Source: Fuerstiella sp.
Lineage (GTDB): Bacteria; Planctomycetota; Planctomycetia; Planctomycetales; Planctomycetaceae
Direction: 5' to 3'
DNA length: 64,000 bases
Assembly: GCA_022843805.1 (NCBI GenBank)
Contig: JALHMY010000003.1
Coordinates: forward strand, 5,351-69,350
A model generated the notes under the pieces. The model was not told the origin of the DNA. It searched no databases and saw only the letters and a list, made by a program, of their open reading frames with translations. Positions 40,036 to 49,460 of the stretch are shown here, piece by piece (the first letter of the stretch is position 1; each line of letters opens with the position of its first letter). A program made the translations under genes and the position numbers.

Positions 40036-41106
40036 ATGCAACACAAGTTGTTAAGCAGAAACTGTTTACGTAATATTAAATGCCTCGTTCTGTTGCTTTT
40101 CACCGTCATCACCGGATGTGCCGAATCGGGGATACCTGTAGAGCCGCAGGCTGCCGGGGATGCGACTTCCGATCCGGCAAAGCAACCTTCTGAGGGCGCA
40201 GATGGAACTGCCAGGAACAAACCACTTGCGGTTGTCGTCACCGTCGGTATGGTGGCCGATCTGGTTCGCCAGATCGGAGGTGATCGGGTGGCGGTTACAC
40301 AAATTATGGGAAGTGGAGTAGATCCCCATTTGTACAAAGCCACGAGGGACGATGTGCGGCAGCTGATGAGGGCTGAGCTGATCTTTTACAGTGGACTGAT
40401 GCTGGAAGGTCGACTCACCGATGACCTGCTCAAACTTGGGAAGACTCGTCCCGTGGTCGCTGTAACAGAACAGATCCCGCCAGAGCAACTTTTGAAATCT
40501 TCCGATCAGGGCGGGCACCTGGACCCACATGTCTGGATGGATGTCAATTCATGGTCGATGTGCATTCCCGTGATTCGTAAACACTTGTCGGAGCTGGACC
40601 GCGGGGGAAGCGCTGACTATCAGCGCCGAGCGGCCACGCTGGAGACCGAACTTCAAAAGCTTCATGAATATGGACGCAAAGTCATCGCTTCCATTCCCGA
40701 AAATCGAAGAGTGCTGATTACTTCGCACGATGCGTTCAGCTATTTCGGTCGAGCATACAACCTGGAAGTTGTGGGTGTGCAGGGGTTGTCAACAGAGTCT
40801 GAAGCCGGTTTGGCTCGGATTAATGAACTGGTTGATCTGCTGGTTGATCGTCGAATTACTGCAGTTTTTGTGGAAAGCAGCGTTCCTCAAAAGAATATCC
40901 GGGCACTGATTGACGGAGCGGCCTCACGCGGGCAACAGGTCCGAATCGGCGGTGAACTGTATTCAGATGCTATGGGTGAAGCGGGAACCTACGAAGGAAC
41001 TTACGCAGGAATGCTGGATCACAATTTCACACTCGTTGCAAGAGGTTTGGGAGGAGAAGCTCCCGCCGGCGGCATGAATGGCAGGCTTTCAAAGATTGTT
41101 CAGTGA
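40036..41106 (+). CDS. Metal (Zn/Mn) ABC transporter substrate-binding lipoprotein, ZnuA/TroA family
   Basis: Lipobox LFTVITGC. Family motifs: VVVTVGMVADLVRQIGGDRVAV, GVDPHLYKAT, DPHVWMD, ITSHDAFSYFGRAY and VFVESSV. Confidence 0.85.
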   Translation: MQHKLLSRNCLRNIKCLVLLLFTVITGCAESGIPVEPQAAGDATSDPAKQPSEGADGTARNKPLAVVVTVGMVADLVRQIGGDRVAVTQIMGSGVDPHLYKATRDDVRQLMRAELIFYSGLMLEGRLTDDLLKLGKTRPVVAVTEQIPPEQLLKSSDQGGHLDPHVWMDVNSWSMCIPVIRKHLSELDRGGSADYQRRAATLETELQKLHEYGRKVIASIPENRRVLITSHDAFSYFGRAYNLEVVGVQGLSTESEAGLARINELVDLLVDRRITAVFVESSVPQKNIRALIDGAASRGQQVRIGGELYSDAMGEAGTYEGTYAGMLDHNFTLVARGLGGEAPAGGMNGRLSKIVQ

Positions 41107-41254
41107 AACAGTCTCAGGAGTTTTCGAATTTCCGGACAATTGGCAGCCTCGGCTAGCTCGGCACAAAGCCGAAGCATCTGATACACTTTGCTGGAACCTC
41201 TGAACGAACCTTCGTGGCCTCTACCCCCACGCAGGTATTGCAGGGGTTGTTAGG

Positions 41255-42091
41255 ATGTGTCCCGGTGACCAGGCTCTGGAACTCTGTATGGATCAGTCTC
41301 TAACGAAAAGTCTCAGCAAAAACCAATCTGAAATTCCGCTGTCGGTTTATGATTTAACAGTGGCCTACCATCGAAAACCGGTGATCTGGGACGTGGGATT
41401 CGAAATACCGCCGGGCAGCCTGGTGGGAATTGTTGGCCCGAACGGAGCTGGAAAGAGTACTCTCCTGAAGGCGATTCTGAATTTAATTCCGATTGCTTCG
41501 GGACGTATTCAGGTCTTCGGCAGGTCACTGCAGCAGAATCGGCAGCGGGTCGGCTACGTGCCTCAGCGGGAAAGTGTGGACTGGGACTTTCCAATCAGTG
41601 CGCTGGACGTCGTCGCGATGGGCCTTTACCGTCAGGTTGGCTGGTGTTTGCCGCTCCGTCGTTCCCACTGGAAGGCTGCACAGCAGGCGCTGGAACGTGT
41701 GGGAATCGGTGAGTTGCGGGATCGGCAAATCAGCCAGCTGTCGGGCGGGCAGCAGCAAAGGACTTTTCTTGCTCGCGCTCTCGTGCAGGAAGCCGATCTT
41801 TACCTGATGGATGAACCGTTTGCTGCTGTGGACGCATCAACAGAGAAAGCCATCATTGAGATTCTTCGAGACATGAAGAAAGCCGGGCGTACATCACTGG
41901 TGATTCACCACGATCTGCATACCGTACCCGAGTATTTTGATTATGTCGTGCTGCTGAACATGCGAGTGGTTGCGCACGGTCCGACGAGAGACGTGTTTAC
42001 GAGGGAGAATCTGGAAAAGACCTATGGGGGCCGACTGACGCTGCTGGATGAAGCAACTGAAGCCATGCGTCGCCGGGAACGATCGATGTGA
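41255..42091 (+). CDS. Metal ABC transporter ATP-binding protein (ZnuC/TroB-like)
   Basis: Walker A GPNGAGKSTLLK, signature LSGGQQQR, Walker B LYLMDEPF. The start could instead be ATG 41288. Confidence 0.88.
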   Translation: MCPGDQALELCMDQSLTKSLSKNQSEIPLSVYDLTVAYHRKPVIWDVGFEIPPGSLVGIVGPNGAGKSTLLKAILNLIPIASGRIQVFGRSLQQNRQRVGYVPQRESVDWDFPISALDVVAMGLYRQVGWCLPLRRSHWKAAQQALERVGIGELRDRQISQLSGGQQQRTFLARALVQEADLYLMDEPFAAVDASTEKAIIEILRDMKKAGRTSLVIHHDLHTVPEYFDYVVLLNMRVVAHGPTRDVFTRENLEKTYGGRLTLLDEATEAMRRRERSM

Positions 42092-42156
42092 CGCATGAGC
42101 CATACACGACAGAATCCATCTTCGTGTTCCCTGAAAAACGTCAGTCGTTTGCCGCT

Positions 42157-43101
42157 TTAGCCGACTCGCTTCAATTCTCCGTACTGCGCCATTTTGTTCC
42201 GAAGGGTACGAGCAGTTACGCCAAGTTCTGCGGCCGCCTCATTCTTGTTTCCGTGAAATCTCTCCAGTCGTGACAGGATCACGCGACGTTCGATTTCGTG
42301 CAGCGGCAGTGTTGAGAATTCTTCGGGCACTGCCTCGGGATGATGATCAGCAGCGGCAAAGGCAGGCAAGAGTTCCAGATGTGTAATGCGGTCGGAGTCT
42401 GAAATAATGCAGGCCCGATGAATCACGTTCCTCAGTTGTCGAACATTTCCCGGCCAGTGATAAGCCGCAAGCTCCTTCATCACCTCGGGGGTCACTCCAC
42501 ATACACTTGTTTCACCTCGATCATTCAGCTGAGCGATAAAATGGTGCACCAGTGCTTCGATGTCCTGCGGCCGTTCCCGCAGAGGAGCGATCTTCAGTGT
42601 CAGAACATCAAGCCGATGAAAGAGATCTTCCCGAAAACGACCTGTTGCGACCTCGTGCTCGAGTTCGCGGTTCGTGGCCGCCACAACTCGTGCTTCCATT
42701 TGCAGTACTTCGGTACTGCCGACTCGATTGAATTCATTCTCCTCAAGTACTCGCAGCAGCTTGGCCTGTGTCGAGAGAGGCAACTCGCCGATTTCGTCCA
42801 GAAAAAGAGTACCGTCACCTGCCGCCTGTATACAACCCTCGTGTCGGCGTACAGCCCCGGTAAACGCGCCCTGCTCATGTCCGAAGAGCTCGCTCTCAGC
42901 GAGTCCTTCGTGAAATGCCGCACAATTCACTCGCACGCACCGCTTTGCAGCGCGCGGGCTCTGCTCATGCAGATAGCGGGCAACAAGTTCCTTGCCGGTT
43001 CCGCTTTCTCCAATGATCAGCACTGTTGCTGACGATCGCGCAAACCGCTGCGCCTGAGTCAGTACCCGTTGCATGGATGAAGACTGAAAGATGATATTCA
43101 T
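42157..43101 (-). CDS. Sigma-54-dependent transcriptional activator (bEBP) with AAA+ and HTH domains only, no N-terminal sensory/receiver domain
   Basis: The protein begins directly in the AAA+ core: MNIIFQSSSMQRVLTQAQRFARSSATVLIIGESGTGKE. Sigma-54 contact loop ESELFGHEQGAFTGA. Walker B GTLFLDEIGEL. Also RVVAATNR and FREDLFHRL. C-terminal HTH AAAELGVTARTLRNKMAQYG. Confidence 0.88.
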   Translation of the reverse strand: MNIIFQSSSMQRVLTQAQRFARSSATVLIIGESGTGKELVARYLHEQSPRAAKRCVRVNCAAFHEGLAESELFGHEQGAFTGAVRRHEGCIQAAGDGTLFLDEIGELPLSTQAKLLRVLEENEFNRVGSTEVLQMEARVVAATNRELEHEVATGRFREDLFHRLDVLTLKIAPLRERPQDIEALVHHFIAQLNDRGETSVCGVTPEVMKELAAYHWPGNVRQLRNVIHRACIISDSDRITHLELLPAFAAADHHPEAVPEEFSTLPLHEIERRVILSRLERFHGNKNEAAAELGVTARTLRNKMAQYGELKRVG

Positions 43102-43132
43102 AACAAATTTGCTGAATGAGTTCTGTAACGTA

Positions 43133-43585
43133 TCAAATCGTTTTGAGCGATTTCTGATATGCTGACTGCATGGATCGGCGACGCGTGTCAGTGTCCAGCT
43201 GAGGAATCAGATCATCTCGTGCCTGTTCAAAACGCTCTTTAACTCGATCCATTCGAGTCAGCAGATTGCGTAATGTGACTTCCTGATCCCGGAGGTCCTG
43301 CTGCAGCCTGACGGAGACAGGCCGGCCGGAATTCTTTAGTTTCTGATGCACCTCAGTAACCCTGTGCTGAACTGACACAACTTCGTCCAGCGATTTCTGA
43401 AGGCTTCCGATCACGGATTGCGAAGATGGATCCCGAAGATCGGCCTGTGAGTGAATTTGTTCAATCAGCGCAATTGTGCCGGAAAATACCTGTCCCTGAC
43501 GCGACACAGCATCTGCAAGCTGTGACTCAAGATCATTTTCAGCGTGATCCCTGAGGCTCTGACTACTGAGGTTTTGCTGTCCCAT
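43133..43585 (-). CDS. Hypothetical 150-aa helical/coiled-coil protein (FlgN-like? unproven)
   Basis: Strong RBS GAAGGAG 7 nt upstream of ATG 43585. Heptad-like, charged sequence. The gene sits immediately upstream of the bEBP, and its start overlaps the end of the preceding gene by 23 nt. Confidence 0.6.
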   Translation of the reverse strand: MGQQNLSSQSLRDHAENDLESQLADAVSRQGQVFSGTIALIEQIHSQADLRDPSSQSVIGSLQKSLDEVVSVQHRVTEVHQKLKNSGRPVSVRLQQDLRDQEVTLRNLLTRMDRVKERFEQARDDLIPQLDTDTRRRSMQSAYQKSLKTI

Positions 43586-44810
43586 CCTGAGACTCCTTCA
43601 TCGCATCAATGGTCGTTTGCATGTTCCTGATTTCAGCTTCAAGTGCAGCTCGGTCAGCCATTCGATCCAGCCACCAGCGAGACATCTCCGTGAGAAATCC
43701 GGCCTCAGGCGTTCCGACAAGCTGCCGATAAAGTTTCTTCGCCTCGTCGATTCGTCTCAGCTTTCTCAGACAACAGGCAGACTGATATTCGACCCAATAC
43801 TTGTCCTGCGGGGTCAGGGACCGTCGATCGATCTGTGCGTACATCTCGAGCGCAAGTCCCAGCTGTCCGGAAGCATACAGATTGTTGGCAAGTGAAAGGC
43901 GATCAATGGGTCCTTCGACAATCGCGGTATGTGCATCGTGATTCGAAATGGCCGGGACATGAGAATTGCTGCCATGCGGAATCAGTTCAGGTCCTGGAAC
44001 GGTCGGTTCGACATGTTCCGCAGCACCCTCCAAAGACGCTTCGCTGTCGGAATGTTTGGATGCTTCGTGCGACTCCGGCGCGTTTTCGCTGGTTTCTGAA
44101 ATGGGCTGATCCGAGTGTCCATCACCCGACGAGTGGGGCGTCGCACTGTCACCGGACTGCGAGGGAATCGTATGATCGCCCTGTGGAGCCTCCGGGCTTT
44201 CGTTTCCCGATCGGTCCGGTTCCCGTATCCGCTGGCTGGAATTCAGCCTGCTTTTTTCTGCCAGCTGCATCTGTTTATACTGTTTAATCTGGTCCACTAT
44301 CTTTTGCGTACGAATCGCTTTAAGTTGATTAAGCCTGAGTTGTTCAGGCGTAAGACCTTTCAGGGGATTTGGCTGCTGTCCTGGTATTGCATTCTCTGCC
44401 GCGTTCAGGGAATGGCTTTCATCAGATACCGGAGGCTGCGTTCCAGATGCCGGAACGGGAACATCTTCCGCCATGGTCAACTGTGTGCTCGGCGATTCAG
44501 CGGCCGACGCGGTGAGTATTACATTCTTTTGTGCGGTTTGCCGGGCTGACTGACGATCGCCGGAAACCACGCGGCGACTTCGATTTTTCCAGCCTGCCGG
44601 GTTTCCTGTCTGGCTGCCTGTCTGGCTGCCTTCTCTGTTGTCAGGTGGGTCGCCAGCTGCGGCGAATTCTGATGTGCATGTGAGGGTCAGAATGCAAAGC
44701 ATGGCCGCTGGGAATTTCCTGCGTTTGAGCCCGCAACATGAGTCAGTCAATTTTCGAAGCAGTACTGAAATGGGATTCTTTGCTACCCTGGTAAACTCTC
44801 GTAGGGTCAT
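43563..44810 (-). CDS. Secreted/membrane protein with a low-complexity linker and C-terminal TPR-like repeats
   Basis: Hydrophobic N-terminal segment AAMLCILTLTCTSEFAAAG. A long Ser/Pro/Gln/Glu-rich linker. C-terminal LANNLYASGQLGLALEMYAQI...YWVEYQSACCLRKLRRIDEAKKLYRQLV. Its ATG overlaps the upstream stop as ATGA (44807-44810). Confidence 0.7.
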   Translation of the reverse strand: MTLREFTRVAKNPISVLLRKLTDSCCGLKRRKFPAAMLCILTLTCTSEFAAAGDPPDNREGSQTGSQTGNPAGWKNRSRRVVSGDRQSARQTAQKNVILTASAAESPSTQLTMAEDVPVPASGTQPPVSDESHSLNAAENAIPGQQPNPLKGLTPEQLRLNQLKAIRTQKIVDQIKQYKQMQLAEKSRLNSSQRIREPDRSGNESPEAPQGDHTIPSQSGDSATPHSSGDGHSDQPISETSENAPESHEASKHSDSEASLEGAAEHVEPTVPGPELIPHGSNSHVPAISNHDAHTAIVEGPIDRLSLANNLYASGQLGLALEMYAQIDRRSLTPQDKYWVEYQSACCLRKLRRIDEAKKLYRQLVGTPEAGFLTEMSRWWLDRMADRAALEAEIRNMQTTIDAMKESQDGTAKPQ

Positions 44811-47368
44811 AAAGCACCTCCCGTTGCTGCCGGTGCCAGACCTCGCAATGCTTCAGGATTCGGACTCGCAGTACCGGATTTTTGTTCAGTTCGGCCTGAG
44901 GCCGGCGCTAACTTATCCATAGATTCACTCGGAACAACGCCGGAAAAGCACTTAACAGCGGACAGATGATTGCCTTCTCGTTCGAAAGCATGCCCCATGA
45001 TTCGAAGTGTGGCTCGTTGAATTTCGGGAGTTATCTCGTTTGAGAGCAGTTGTCGACAGTGTCGAATTGCATCACTCGTCTGACCAAGCTGCAGGGCAAC
45101 TTCCGCGGCCCGCAGTGATGCCATCGTTGCAAAGGTTCCGGATTCTTCGGGAGTCAGCGATGCGAGCAGGCTTGTTGCCTCCTCAAATCGATCTCTCGCT
45201 CGATACGATGCAGCGAGTCGGAGCACAATCTGATTTCGCAATGGTCCGATTTGTTCGCGACTGAGAGCCTGAACATAGGCGTCTTCTGCCTGTCTTGTCA
45301 GCCCGGCTCGTTCTGCGGCATCTGCATATAAAAGGTACCAGTGGGATCCGAACTGTTCATCGGGCCTGAATGCCGCAAGCGCGGCTACGAGATGGCGAGC
45401 TTCGCGTTCCCGGCGGTCTTCCAGAACAACTGCCTGAAATCGTGAAAGCGCTGATGCGAATGCCGAAGCTTTCTGATAATTCCGGGAGCTTAAAAGCGGT
45501 CGACGTTCCATAAGTACATCGTTAGCACGCTGAGGATTCTCCAGCAGCAGATACGCGCTTGCCAGCAACAATGCAGCATCCCCCTCAAGCGAAGTGCCTT
45601 TGCTGATTGCAACCGCTCTCAGAAGAATGGCAACCGCTCGTTTAGGATTTCCCTGTTCGATTTGCAGACGTGCTGCGTAAAGATAAGCAGCAATTCTGAC
45701 TTCCGAAAGTCCGCCGGCAGAATCCACGCTCAGCAGAAACGCATCACGTGCTTCACTAATACTTCTCAGGGTTAACAGACATTTTCCAAGATCGTAGGCC
45801 GCCTCGGTTTCAACAGCAGATCCCGGAAAAGATTCCAGCTGCATTCGGAACACGCCGGTTGCGTCAGCCACCCGAGCTTCACGAAACAGCAGGGCCCCCA
45901 GCGCGATCCGGGTATGTCCATGGTGCGAAACATCCGGTGCTTCGGTCATCGCCAGATTCAGGAGCCTTTCCGTGGAACGTGCACGGAAGACCGCCGTGAC
46001 TTCGGGATCAGCGTCATCGGGCGAGAATACGCTGATCACGTCTCCACTGAACTGCCATGCGTTGCCAAATGGAATCGTGAGTCCATCCAGCAGGACACTG
46101 AGGCTCTGATTTCTGACGTGAATTTGCAGAGTGCGGCTCGCCATTGATTCAGCTGCCTGCTGGGAAATCTCACATTTCAGGTGACAGCGTTCCACGATCG
46201 CCGGCAGAAGTCGGCCGGCAGGTCCGGCGGAACTTTCGATCGACAGACGAATTCCATCCGGAGTGTCGTCGGCCTGATTCAGAATTGTCAGCTGAAGTTT
46301 GTCTGCAGGCGGATACTCTTCATTAAGGATCGCCGATGCCTGGTCGAGTGCCTGATTTGGTTCCGGGTGCCACACTGGTACAACCATTGACTCATCGTGC
46401 AGCAGATGCTGCTGATCACCGCCGGAAACAATCGCCCACTGGCCCCGCGATATCAGATGCAGGAGCTCTGCGCGAACCGATGGCAACAGTCGTGTCTTGT
46501 CAAGCAGAACCGGACGCAGGTACTCCGATTGCAGGATATCGTAGCGTCGGAGGGCGATCAGACACCTCGCAGCCCCAAGAGTCGCAATACCCACCCATTT
46601 GCCATGTGAGTGATTGGCCTCGATCTTCCGCCATGCCTCAAGTGCTTCGGAGGTATTTCCCGCCAGTTCAGAACAAAGAGCCAGGCGAAACTGCAATGGT
46701 AATCCCGGCGGGCCGGATGCTGAGTCCTTCAGATACTGGTAATCACGCTGAGCTCTCAGGTAGTTGCCGCTGCGCAGTTTTTCGTCGGCATTTGCCAGAT
46801 AGTTTCCAGCGGAATTCTGATCGTTCACTTCGGGTCCGATCGAACCACCATTCTCTGACAATTCAACGGGCTCTTCGGAAGCCGGAAACGGCCCGTCGAT
46901 TCGTGGGGATCCATCCTGATGTGTTGCTGACTCTGCAGCGGGTTCCAAATCAGTATCATTGACTTCTGCATGTTCTGATTTCGTGCCTGCCGCTTCGTTC
47001 ATGCTCACAGCTGTTTTCGAACCGAATACCGTATCCTGCATGAACTGAGCATCTGAATGTTCCGCTGATTCTTCGGAAGCGTCGGGGATTTCGTGATCGC
47101 CGGAAGATCCGGATCCATGTGGTTCAGACTGGCCCGGAGAATCACCCCGACGACCTTCATTCAATTCAGATTCTGAAGCTTCGGTCAGAAGCGGGGATTG
47201 GGGAGCTTCCTTCAGTTCTGCGGGATTTCCTTCAGAAGAGACGGTTTTGCTGCGATTAAACCAGGTGGCAGCTGCAGCACCGGCGGCAGCCATCGCCAGA
47301 GCGCCGAAAATCATCAGCGCAGGCCGCAAAAGGCGGGAAAATCGTTGATTTTTGGCGGACTCGGTCAC
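44807..47368 (-). CDS. Large membrane-anchored TPR-repeat protein
   Basis: GTG start at 47368 with AGGTGA RBS 6 nt upstream. TM segment PALMIFGALAMAAAGAAAATWF. An acidic low-complexity region is followed by many TPR-like helical pairs, e.g. NYLRAQRDYQYL, AAYLYAARLQIEQGNPKRAVAILLRAV and AEDAYVQALS. Confidence 0.75.
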   Translation of the reverse strand: MTESAKNQRFSRLLRPALMIFGALAMAAAGAAAATWFNRSKTVSSEGNPAELKEAPQSPLLTEASESELNEGRRGDSPGQSEPHGSGSSGDHEIPDASEESAEHSDAQFMQDTVFGSKTAVSMNEAAGTKSEHAEVNDTDLEPAAESATHQDGSPRIDGPFPASEEPVELSENGGSIGPEVNDQNSAGNYLANADEKLRSGNYLRAQRDYQYLKDSASGPPGLPLQFRLALCSELAGNTSEALEAWRKIEANHSHGKWVGIATLGAARCLIALRRYDILQSEYLRPVLLDKTRLLPSVRAELLHLISRGQWAIVSGGDQQHLLHDESMVVPVWHPEPNQALDQASAILNEEYPPADKLQLTILNQADDTPDGIRLSIESSAGPAGRLLPAIVERCHLKCEISQQAAESMASRTLQIHVRNQSLSVLLDGLTIPFGNAWQFSGDVISVFSPDDADPEVTAVFRARSTERLLNLAMTEAPDVSHHGHTRIALGALLFREARVADATGVFRMQLESFPGSAVETEAAYDLGKCLLTLRSISEARDAFLLSVDSAGGLSEVRIAAYLYAARLQIEQGNPKRAVAILLRAVAISKGTSLEGDAALLLASAYLLLENPQRANDVLMERRPLLSSRNYQKASAFASALSRFQAVVLEDRREREARHLVAALAAFRPDEQFGSHWYLLYADAAERAGLTRQAEDAYVQALSREQIGPLRNQIVLRLAASYRARDRFEEATSLLASLTPEESGTFATMASLRAAEVALQLGQTSDAIRHCRQLLSNEITPEIQRATLRIMGHAFEREGNHLSAVKCFSGVVPSESMDKLAPASGRTEQKSGTASPNPEALRGLAPAATGGAL

Positions 47369-47469
47369 CTTGATTCACCTTTAATATTCGGATTGAAGCC
47401 GTCAAAGTCGGCGCAATCGTCACCCTCTAATCGGCTGACACTGAGATCCGTATGAGCAGAAATTTGTGA

Positions 47470-47496
47470 GCAAGTTTCTTTGGCATCGTTCGATAA
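47470..47496 (+). promoter_or_regulatory. Sigma-28 (FliA)-type promoter candidate for flgM
   Basis: GCAAGTTT, an 11-nt spacer, then TTCGATAA, compared with the enteric consensus TAAAGTTT-N11-GCCGATAA. Each element matches 6 of 8 positions and the CGATAA core is intact. It lies ~39 nt upstream of GTG 47535. Confidence 0.5.
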
Positions 47497-47534
47497 ATCA
47501 GTCTGACTCAGGTCTCTCACCGGGAGCTAAACTC

Positions 47535-47828
47535 GTGCAGATACACAGAATTCATACCCCTGCCCCTTCCACCGTTTCAGGCTCAGCGTTACGCAAAGAG
47601 TCAGGAGCAGCGGGAGCGGCAGGTTCGAAGAGTGTACAGCGGGAGGCGGAAGCTGGGGGGGCGGCTGGCAATGGCGAGCTTGAACAGTTGTCTCGGCAGT
47701 TAGGCGAGTTCAGTGATGTTCGGCCTGATGTTGTTTCAGCAGCGAAAGTGAGAGTGCAGCGAGGCGATTACCTGACTCGCGCATCCGCAGAAGGTATCGC
47801 GGATGCAATTCTGAGCAAGGATGCTTAG
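47535..47828 (+). CDS. flgM: Anti-sigma-28 factor FlgM
   Basis: C-terminal VRPDVVSAAKVRVQRGDYLTRASAEGIADAILSK is FlgM-like. GTG 47535 has a GGGAG RBS 8 nt upstream and gives ~97 aa. The track start (GTG 47466) would place the candidate promoter inside the CDS. Confidence 0.78.
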   Translation: MQIHRIHTPAPSTVSGSALRKESGAAGAAGSKSVQREAEAGGAAGNGELEQLSRQLGEFSDVRPDVVSAAKVRVQRGDYLTRASAEGIADAILSKDA

Positions 47829-48020
47829 ATCGGGCTTTCGTTAACGGATTGGACTCGGGGCTCCCGTCTTGTGACGAGAGTCCTGCACGGTTCTTTAGAA
47901 GTTCTGTGCAGAGCGACGTTTTCGTTTTCTGAAGGCGAAGCTGGTTTTACATCCTGGGTGGTTCTGATCTTTTCAGAGAGTCGGATCTGAGCCACAACAC
48001 TTTCGACCAAGGGGCGGATC

Positions 48021-49430
48021 ATGGGGTTGTCAATTGCAAATAACGTTTCTTCGCTGACGGCTCAGCATAACCTGGGACGGGCAAACACTGCTGTTGCCAG
48101 GTCGGTCGAGCGGCTTTCTTCAGGTCTCAAGGTAAATCGTGGAGCCGATGGCCCGGCGGCCCTCGTGATTTCCGAAAAGCAGCGAGCACAGATTGCTGGT
48201 CTGCGACAGGCCATTGACAACTCAGAGAAAGCCGTTTCCGTGGTTCAGACCGCGGAAGGTGCTCTGAACGAAATTAACTCACTGCTGGTTAAAGTACGAA
48301 GCCTGGCGATCGACTCCGCCAACTCAGGCGTGAATGATGATGACGCTTTGGCGGCAAACCAGGCCGAAATTACCAATGCTCTGGATACAATTAACCGAAT
48401 TGCCAACAACACGCAGTTCGGAACCAAGAAACTCCTGGACGGCTCGGCCGGTATCTCCGGAGTGGCTACAGACGCCGATGTTACCTTCCTGAAAGGTACG
48501 TCCGAAACAACAGCCGGTACCTACGCGGTTGTGGTCACCACCGAAGGCGAACGAGCAACTGTCACCGCCGGTACAGCTCAGACAGGTGCTCTGGCCGCTG
48601 ATGAAGTGCTGACAATTAACGACGTCACCATTTCTCTTGGTGCTGGTCTGACTCAGTCTCAGGTCGTGGACCGAATTAACGAATTCACTGCTCAGACCGG
48701 TGTGATCGCCGACACCAGCTCTGGCGCAACGCGGCTTTATACTCAGGCCTTCGGTGGAAACGCATCACTGAGCGTCGTGTCGAATACTGCATCGGCTGCG
48801 ACAAGCAGTGCCTTCGGAACGACCACGGTCAACGATGTGGGAGTGGATGTTGTCGGGACGATCAACGGTACATCGTTCAACGGTGTCGGTAACGTACTCA
48901 CGGCCAACTCAGGAGTTGCCAAAGGTCTCTCGGTTCAATTTGCTGCCGACACAACAGCATTCGAAACCGTGGATGGAGCCCAGGGGAACGTCACCGTCTC
49001 CAACAACTCGCTGGTGTTCCAGATTGGAGCCAACCAGAACCAGACGGCCAGCGTGACAATTGGCAAAGTCAATGCCAATGCTCTGGGTATTGGAGTGACC
49101 GGCAACCAGTTCACCACACTGGAAGAAATCGACATTACCTCAGCCTCGAAGGCTCAGGACTCAATTGGCGTGATCGATGCGGCGATTGATGACGTTACGA
49201 ACCTGCGAGGTACACTGGGGGCGTTCCAGCAGAATACACTGGAATCAACCGCGAACAACCTTCGAGCAACACTGGAAAACACCGTGAACGCGGAATCGGT
49301 CATTCGTGACACGGACTTCGCGGAAGAAATTGCCAACTTTACAAAGAATCAGGTACTGGTGCAGGCAGGCACATCGGTTCTTGGAAACGCCAATCAGATT
49401 CCTCAGCTGGTGCTGTCACTGCTGCGGTAA
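48021..49430 (+). CDS. fliC: Flagellin
   Basis: N-terminal MGLSIANNVSSLTAQHNLGR...RLSSGLKVNRGADGPAALVISEK. C-terminal LGAFQQNTLESTANNLR...IRDTDFAEEIANFTKNQVLVQAGTSVLGNANQIPQLVLSLLR. Confidence 0.95.
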   Translation: MGLSIANNVSSLTAQHNLGRANTAVARSVERLSSGLKVNRGADGPAALVISEKQRAQIAGLRQAIDNSEKAVSVVQTAEGALNEINSLLVKVRSLAIDSANSGVNDDDALAANQAEITNALDTINRIANNTQFGTKKLLDGSAGISGVATDADVTFLKGTSETTAGTYAVVVTTEGERATVTAGTAQTGALAADEVLTINDVTISLGAGLTQSQVVDRINEFTAQTGVIADTSSGATRLYTQAFGGNASLSVVSNTASAATSSAFGTTTVNDVGVDVVGTINGTSFNGVGNVLTANSGVAKGLSVQFAADTTAFETVDGAQGNVTVSNNSLVFQIGANQNQTASVTIGKVNANALGIGVTGNQFTTLEEIDITSASKAQDSIGVIDAAIDDVTNLRGTLGAFQQNTLESTANNLRATLENTVNAESVIRDTDFAEEIANFTKNQVLVQAGTSVLGNANQIPQLVLSLLR

Positions 49431-49460
49431 GAATAAAAAGAACCGACTTGACTATGACAC

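Noticed and set aside
42418-43032. 204-aa plus-strand ORF
   Set aside because: It is antisense to the well-supported sigma-54 activator gene.
47428-47435. GCCGATTA on the minus strand (7/8 to the sigma-28 -10 element) upstream of the TPR/bEBP operon
   Set aside because: No acceptable TAAA -35 element sits at the N15 spacing (CATA only), so this is too weak to call.
47829-48020. Sigma-54 (GG-N10-GC) or sigma-28 promoter upstream of fliC
   Set aside because: I scanned every GG in the spacer and none has GC at the required spacing. The closest sigma-28-like -10 element (TCGGATCT) matches only 4 of 8 positions and has no -35 element. No call is made.
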